A stretch of 12,346 nucleotides of DNA, taken from contig CAXTTL010000144.1 of the NCBI GenBank assembly GCA_964247135.1, forward strand, positions 1 through 12,346, written 5' to 3'. The DNA comes from an uncultured Deinococcales bacterium. GTDB lineage: Bacteria; Deinococcota; Deinococci; Deinococcales; JAAFIG01. Shown here in pieces: positions 7,836 to 12,346 of the stretch; the stretch's first letter is position 1, and each line of letters begins with the position of its first letter. Below the pieces are notes generated by a model, which saw nothing but the letters and a program-made list of their open reading frames with translations, searched no databases and had not been told where the DNA came from. A program made the translations under genes and the position numbers.

Positions 7836-7898
7836 GCAGTACATGTTCCTGATGATGTAAGCAGTACATGTTCCTGATGATGTAAGCAAGACATGTTC
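7824..7898 (+). repeat. Tandem repeat, 3 x 25 bp, overlapping the argR 3' end
   Basis: CTGATGATGTAAGCAGTACATGTTC at 7824-7848 and 7849-7873 (identical). A third copy at 7874-7898 has GT>AG. No spacers. Confidence 0.95.
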
Positions 7899-7961
7899 AT
7901 GGAATATTGAGCCTCGAGTTTACATTGATGGGTACGGGTTAGACTTTGGTACGGGGTTTTC

Positions 7962-9878
7962 ATGATGTCAGACATCACAATCACAGACACATCTGGCGTC
8001 ATGCTGGGCGGTCGTTACCTGCTGCGCGAACCCGTCGGCGAGGGCGGCATGGCGGTGGTCTGGCGAGCCTACGACACGCATTTAAAGCGCGATGTCGCTT
8101 TAAAGCTGCTTCATGAACACGTGCTGCCCGTGGACCGCGAACGTTTCGGGCGCGAGATTCGCACCCTGGCGCAAATCTCGCACCCTGGCATCATCGGCAT
8201 TTACGACCTCGGCGAGGATGCGGGTCGGGTGTTCTTCACAATGGAATTACTCACCGGAGGTTTGATCTCGAGCATCGGACCGCTCGAGGACAGCGCTGAA
8301 GACTTTGAACGCTTTTTGAGTGTCGCCTGCGAGGCGGCGGACGCGCTGGCGCACATTCATGCCAAAGGGATCGTGCACCGCGACCTGACCCCGCGCAATA
8401 TCCTTTTGGACAAAGACTTTCACCCTCGGGTCATGGATTTTGGACTGGTTTACGTCTCGGACGCCACCAGGGATTTGACCCGAACCGGTTACACGCTCGG
8501 CACACCGCAGTACATGGCTCCAGAACAAGCCAGGGGCGGCGTGGTCGAAGCCGCCAGCGACCTCTACGCCTTTGGGGCGGTGCTGTACCGCGCCGCCACC
8601 GGACGCGCCGTGTTCGAAGCCGACAACGACCAGGGCGTGCTCTACCAACACGTCTACGAAAAACCCAAAAACCTCGAGCAGGTCAATCCAGCCGTGCCGA
8701 GCGCGATCTCGAAGGCGGTCTTGCAATTTCTCGAGAAGCAATCTGGTGATCGTCCGGTTTTGGCGCGGGTCACGCTTGAAGCCGCCGCCGAACGGGTCTG
8801 GCGCGAGCATGTTCCCGCCCAATTCCGTGGCGGCACGGCGCGGACTGGGGTTCATCCTGGCGGTCCAGCTCGAGCCGATCAATTGAAACCAGCCTGGAAC
8901 GTCAACCTGCCCGGTGAAATTGCCTGGCCAATGGCGGTGACCGCCAACCGTGACCATTTTGCGGTCGGCACTCGGTCTGGGGTGCTCAGCGTGCTCGAGC
9001 TGGCGAGCGGGGCGCGTTACGCCGATTTTCCAAGCCTCGACGAGGTGACCGCCGCCGCAACGTTTGACGGCGAGTGCATCGTTTACGCGGGCTGGGACGG
9101 TCTGGTGCGCTGCGTCGAATGGCGCACCGGCGTCACGCGCTGGACCCACCGCACCCGAGCCGAAATTACCGCCGCCCCGACCAAATGGGGCGAAACCTGG
9201 TTGATCGCCTCGAGGGACGAACAGGTGCACGCCGTCAAAAACGGCAAACCCATCTGGGCGTACCGAACCGGTGCGGCGATGGCGGGATCGCCGGTCATTT
9301 GGGGCGGCGTGTGCTTTGTCTGCGACGAGGACGGTTGGCTTCACGCCATCAGCGCCAACACGGGGACGCTCGAGTGGAAGGTCGAATTGGGCAGCGTGCA
9401 CGGCACACCCGCCATTTCGCGCCACCCAAGCCAGCCCGAAGATGCCATCCTGGTCGTGCCGACCTGGCACGGCGAGGTTCACGCGCTGCACCTGTCGAGG
9501 ATTGAAGGTCGTTTGCGCCCGCAAGACGAACCGTTATGGACCTACGACCTCGAGGGTGAAATCTGGGCGTCGCCCGCCATCTGGAATGGACAGGTTTTTT
9601 TGGGGTCGTGGGCGAACAAAGTCCACGCCTTAAAACTCGAGACTGGCGACGATATCTGGGAACTCGAACTCGAGGGACGCCTGACCGCCAGCCCAATCGT
9701 CTCGAGGGGCATGTTGTACCTGGCGTCCGAGGCGGGCGAGGTGCGCGGCGTGCAAGCCAATTCGGGTCGCGTCTTGTTTGAAGATCAACTCGAGGGCGGC
9801 GTGCAATGCACCCCGATCATGACCGATGGAATGCTGATTGTGCCCTCGCTGGACGGAAAAATCCGCTGTTACCGGTAA
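7962..9878 (+). CDS. Hanks-type Ser/Thr protein kinase with C-terminal PQQ-type beta-propeller repeats (RqkA-like)
   Basis: 638 aa. Kinase motifs GEGGMAVV, VALK, HRDLTPRN, DFG and GTPQYMAPE. The C-terminal half has repeated G-x-x-x-W / SP propeller blades (DGWLHAISANTGTLEWKVEL, KVHALKLETGDDIWELEL). The start could be 7965 or 8001. Confidence 0.92.
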   Translation: MMSDITITDTSGVMLGGRYLLREPVGEGGMAVVWRAYDTHLKRDVALKLLHEHVLPVDRERFGREIRTLAQISHPGIIGIYDLGEDAGRVFFTMELLTGGLISSIGPLEDSAEDFERFLSVACEAADALAHIHAKGIVHRDLTPRNILLDKDFHPRVMDFGLVYVSDATRDLTRTGYTLGTPQYMAPEQARGGVVEAASDLYAFGAVLYRAATGRAVFEADNDQGVLYQHVYEKPKNLEQVNPAVPSAISKAVLQFLEKQSGDRPVLARVTLEAAAERVWREHVPAQFRGGTARTGVHPGGPARADQLKPAWNVNLPGEIAWPMAVTANRDHFAVGTRSGVLSVLELASGARYADFPSLDEVTAAATFDGECIVYAGWDGLVRCVEWRTGVTRWTHRTRAEITAAPTKWGETWLIASRDEQVHAVKNGKPIWAYRTGAAMAGSPVIWGGVCFVCDEDGWLHAISANTGTLEWKVELGSVHGTPAISRHPSQPEDAILVVPTWHGEVHALHLSRIEGRLRPQDEPLWTYDLEGEIWASPAIWNGQVFLGSWANKVHALKLETGDDIWELELEGRLTASPIVSRGMLYLASEAGEVRGVQANSGRVLFEDQLEGGVQCTPIMTDGMLIVPSLDGKIRCYR

Positions 9879-9915
9879 AAACTCGAGCCGCCCTATTTGC
9901 GCCTTAGGCTAAAAA

Positions 9916-10425
9916 TCATTTGGTTTTGGTAACGATGTAAAACGTGTCGCTGACACCACCAATGGTCAACGTATAACCAACCGAATCGTTGTACAGGTTG
10001 CTCGAGCTTCCCAACACCCGAATTTTATCGCCCAGTTTCACCATTTTAGGCGTCGATTGCGGACCAAAATACTCGAGGTACTGATCGTTGACATAAACGG
10101 TTGCACCATTTGAAGCCGTCAGCGGCGTCGGTTGATTGACGCCCCGCACCGTGATCGTGTTGCTCGAGACGGCAACGCTCGGGTCTGGGTTGAGGTTTAA
10201 GACAGGCGTGAAACAAAATTGGTTTGGTTCGGTGTCGGGCGTGCTCGAATTGACTGGCGCGATGGTCAGGGTTTGTTCTGTTGGACAGACTTTGGTCAGT
10301 CCAACCGGCGTTCCTGGAGCGCTGTCCACGTTTGGCGCTGGGGCGGGTTGGGTGTTGGCGCTGGGGACGCAAGCACCCAACGTCAACGCCGTTAGCATCA
10401 ACAACGCATTTTGTTTTGAAATCAT
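9916..10425 (-). CDS. Lipoprotein with a single beta-rich (Ig-like) extracellular domain
   Basis: 169 aa from ATG 10425 (GGAGG 10431-10435, TATACT 10451-10446). Lipobox LGA-C, a Pro-rich linker, then DTEPNQFCF...SNTITVRGVN...TLTIGGVSDTFYIVT. Confidence 0.8.
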   Translation of the reverse strand: MISKQNALLMLTALTLGACVPSANTQPAPAPNVDSAPGTPVGLTKVCPTEQTLTIAPVNSSTPDTEPNQFCFTPVLNLNPDPSVAVSSNTITVRGVNQPTPLTASNGATVYVNDQYLEYFGPQSTPKMVKLGDKIRVLGSSSNLYNDSVGYTLTIGGVSDTFYIVTKTK

Positions 10426-10569
10426 CATTTCCTCCTGGAATGCCAAGTATAGCCGCTTGAACCCAAAACCAGCATTGAGCCTGCATTCACAAGTGCCATT
10501 TGGCATGGTGCAAATCAAAAAAGTATGCTGTCCCGAGAAGGATTAATCCTCGAGATTTAAGGAGTTTTG

Positions 10570-11565
10570 ATGTTTGACACAATCATTGTTGGCGGTGGAC
10601 CGGCTGGACTTTCGGCGGCGTTGCATCTGGCGTTTCACAAACGCAATGTCTTGGTGATCGACCGTAAAACTGGACCACTGTTTTACACCCTGACCGAACT
10701 GTGGAACGTCCCAGGTTTTGTCGCGCAAACGGGCGTACAAATTCAAAAAACCATGAAACTCGAGGCGGAAAAGGCGGGGGCGAAAATCGTTTCTGGCAGT
10801 GTCGCTCAGGTTTCTGGGAAGGCTGGAGAATTTGTGCTCGAGACTGAAAAGGGCGGGCGTTTTGAAGCCAAGACGGTTTTGTTGGCGACCGGCGTGGCGC
10901 GGTATCATCCGCTGATTGACGGCGAGTATGAACCGTTTTTGAAGTATGCCGCCAAAGGCAACACGTTTTACTGCCCAGATTGCGAAAGTCCGGAATTGCT
11001 CGGCAAAGATATTGTCGTGATCGGCGTGGCTGGCGCAAACAGCGCCGTGTCCGAAGCCGCGCCGCTGGCGGAATTTGCCAAAAGTGTCAGGCTGCTGCTG
11101 ACGGGCGGCACCGAATTTAAACCAGAATTTGAAGCCAAACGACAAAAACTAAACCTCGAGGTGATCGAGGGTCAGATTGCCAGCGTGGACGGCAAAAAAG
11201 GCATTGTGAAAGCCGTGATTCTCGAGGATGGTACTCGGGTCGAGGCGGACGGATTCTACATTTCATCGCCCAAAGTACCGCGATCTGATTTGGCAAAACA
11301 ACTGGGTTTGCAACTTGCGCCAAAGGGTCACATCAAAACCGGTTGGCGCGGACAGGTCCAACTCGAGGGCGCAGAGGACGGCGAATTTCTGGCGGGGGTC
11401 TGGGCGGCGGGCGATGTTCAACCGCAAACCCAGCAGGTTTCAATTGCCGCAGGTTCGGGCAATATTGCTGCGGTCATGATCGATCAGTATTTGCAAAAAC
11501 TCGAGCCACGGTCATTGGGGCACCAAGCACATCCAGACCACAAAACCGAACTCCAACAACATTAA
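10570..11565 (+). CDS. Thioredoxin-reductase-like FAD-dependent pyridine nucleotide-disulfide oxidoreductase
   Basis: FAD motif IIVGGGPAGLSAA, LLATG, redox CPDC and GVWAAGD. AAGGAG RBS 5 nt before ATG 10570. Confidence 0.88.
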   Translation: MFDTIIVGGGPAGLSAALHLAFHKRNVLVIDRKTGPLFYTLTELWNVPGFVAQTGVQIQKTMKLEAEKAGAKIVSGSVAQVSGKAGEFVLETEKGGRFEAKTVLLATGVARYHPLIDGEYEPFLKYAAKGNTFYCPDCESPELLGKDIVVIGVAGANSAVSEAAPLAEFAKSVRLLLTGGTEFKPEFEAKRQKLNLEVIEGQIASVDGKKGIVKAVILEDGTRVEADGFYISSPKVPRSDLAKQLGLQLAPKGHIKTGWRGQVQLEGAEDGEFLAGVWAAGDVQPQTQQVSIAAGSGNIAAVMIDQYLQKLEPRSLGHQAHPDHKTELQQH

Positions 11566-11619
11566 AACCCAAGTTTTGCTTTTAAACCCGACCTTGATGC
11601 AGCTCAACTTAACTCGAGG

Positions 11620-11625
11620 TAGGCT
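11620..11625 (+). promoter_or_regulatory. -10 box (TAGGCT) of a probable leaderless GH16 transcript
   Basis: ggTAGGCT-aaaacc-ATG; 6 nt spacing. Confidence 0.6.
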
Positions 11626-11631
11626 AAAACC

Positions 11632-12346
11632 ATGAACAAATTGCTGCGATTTTTGAGCCTGTCGTTGCTGGTTTTGATCGTCTCGAGTTCAAGTGTTTCA
11701 AAAACTGTCGCCCAACAAGATTGGAAACTGGTCTGGAGCGATGAATTCAACGGCGTTAAAGGCTCGAGCGTCGATTCCAAAATCTGGAAGCACGACCTTG
11801 GCGGCGGCGGTTGGGGCAACAATGAACTCGAGTTTTACACCGACAAGACCCAAAACGTTTACCAGGACGGCACTGGAAATCTGGTCCTCAAAGCCATCAA
11901 ACAAACCATCAAAGACGGCTGCTGGTACGGCGATTGCGATTTCACCTCGGGAAGAATTCTGACCAAAGGCAGGCTCGAGCGTCAGTACGGTCGGTTTGAA
12001 GCCCGCATCCGCATTCCGACCGACAAGGGCATGTGGGCGGCGTTTTGGTTGCTTGGCGCGAACGTTGGCACGGCGAACTGGCCTTTGTGCGGCGAAATTG
12101 ATATCATGGAAAACAATGGGCGCGACCCCAAAACCGTGCGCGGCACCATTCACGGACCTGGCTATTCGGGTGGCAAAGGGATTGGGGCGCCTTACTCGAG
12201 CGACAAAAGTTTTAGCGCTGGTTTTCATGTGTACGCCGTCGAATGGGAACCCGAAGTGATTCGTTGGTACGTGGACGGAAACCTGTTTCAAACCCGAACG
12301 CCCAAAGATTTACCCGAGGGCGCAAAATGGGTGTATGACCACAACT
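11632..12346 (+). CDS. Secreted glycoside hydrolase family 16 (beta-1,3-glucanase/laminarinase-like), truncated by the window end
   Basis: Not in the ORF track; translated by hand: MNKLLRFLSLSLLVLIVSS...WKLVWSDEFNG...GGGWGNNELEFYT...YGRFEARI...MWAAFWLLG...WPLCGEIDIME...FHVYAVEW...WYVDG. Catalytic EIDIME motif present and no stop before 12346. Confidence 0.93.
   Translation, partial: MNKLLRFLSLSLLVLIVSSSSVSKTVAQQDWKLVWSDEFNGVKGSSVDSKIWKHDLGGGGWGNNELEFYTDKTQNVYQDGTGNLVLKAIKQTIKDGCWYGDCDFTSGRILTKGRLERQYGRFEARIRIPTDKGMWAAFWLLGANVGTANWPLCGEIDIMENNGRDPKTVRGTIHGPGYSGGKGIGAPYSSDKSFSAGFHVYAVEWEPEVIRWYVDGNLFQTRTPKDLPEGAKWVYDHN

Larger units (their letters stand above)
145..12200. repeat. Highly iterated palindrome CTCGAG (~72 dispersed copies)
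   Basis: Manual count; examples start at 145, 418, 487, 1076, 1364, 1435, 1516, 1652, 9549, 9636, 9669, 9701, 9789, 9882, 11613, 11682, 11763, 11827, 11974 and 12195. Confidence 0.95.

Noticed and set aside
7838-7848. AGTACATGTTC in the repeat as a LexA/SOS box
   Set aside because: The half-sites are 2 nt apart rather than the 4 nt of GAAC-N4-GTTC or cyanobacterial GTAC-N4-GTWC boxes.
7824-7898. 25-bp repeats as a CRISPR array
   Set aside because: The units are directly adjacent with no spacers, overlap argR coding sequence, and no cas genes are in the window.
8247-9524. 425-aa antisense ORF inside the kinase gene
   Set aside because: Shadow ORF of a GC-rich gene with no recognisable motifs.
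10481-10498. TGGCAC...ATGCA on the minus strand as a sigma-54 promoter
   Set aside because: The GG-to-GC spacing is 11 nt rather than the required 10, and a sigma-70-type TATACT box is present nearer the gene.
11698-12291. 197-aa minus-strand ORF
   Set aside because: Antisense shadow of the GH16 gene.

Overview
Bacterial chromosomal window, most likely Deinococcota. This is inferred from a Thermus-type isocitrate dehydrogenase, an APRT/APRT-homolog pair, an RqkA-like kinase with a PQQ-type propeller, and many -10 boxes placed for leaderless mRNAs. It holds 13 genes: icd, a beta-carbonic anhydrase, an APRT homolog, an enoyl-reductase-like MDR oxidoreductase, an AHL-lactonase-family metallo-beta-lactamase-fold gene with an in-frame TGA, an HTH regulator, apt, a secreted TPR-like protein, argR, a Ser/Thr kinase, a lipoprotein, a TrxB-like flavoprotein and a truncated GH16 glucanase missing from the ORF track. 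The strongest unexplained signal is the palindrome CTCGAG, with about 72 copies by manual count (one per ~170 bp, roughly 20-fold over chance). It occurs in different reading frames and in every internal intergenic spacer longer than 30 bp, so it behaves like a HIP1-type highly iterated palindrome. Other points of note are a 26-bp promoter-containing direct repeat flanking the oxidoreductase gene, a three-gene block between apt and its homolog, a 3x25-bp tandem repeat over the argR stop, and a 30-bp back-to-back leaderless promoter pair.
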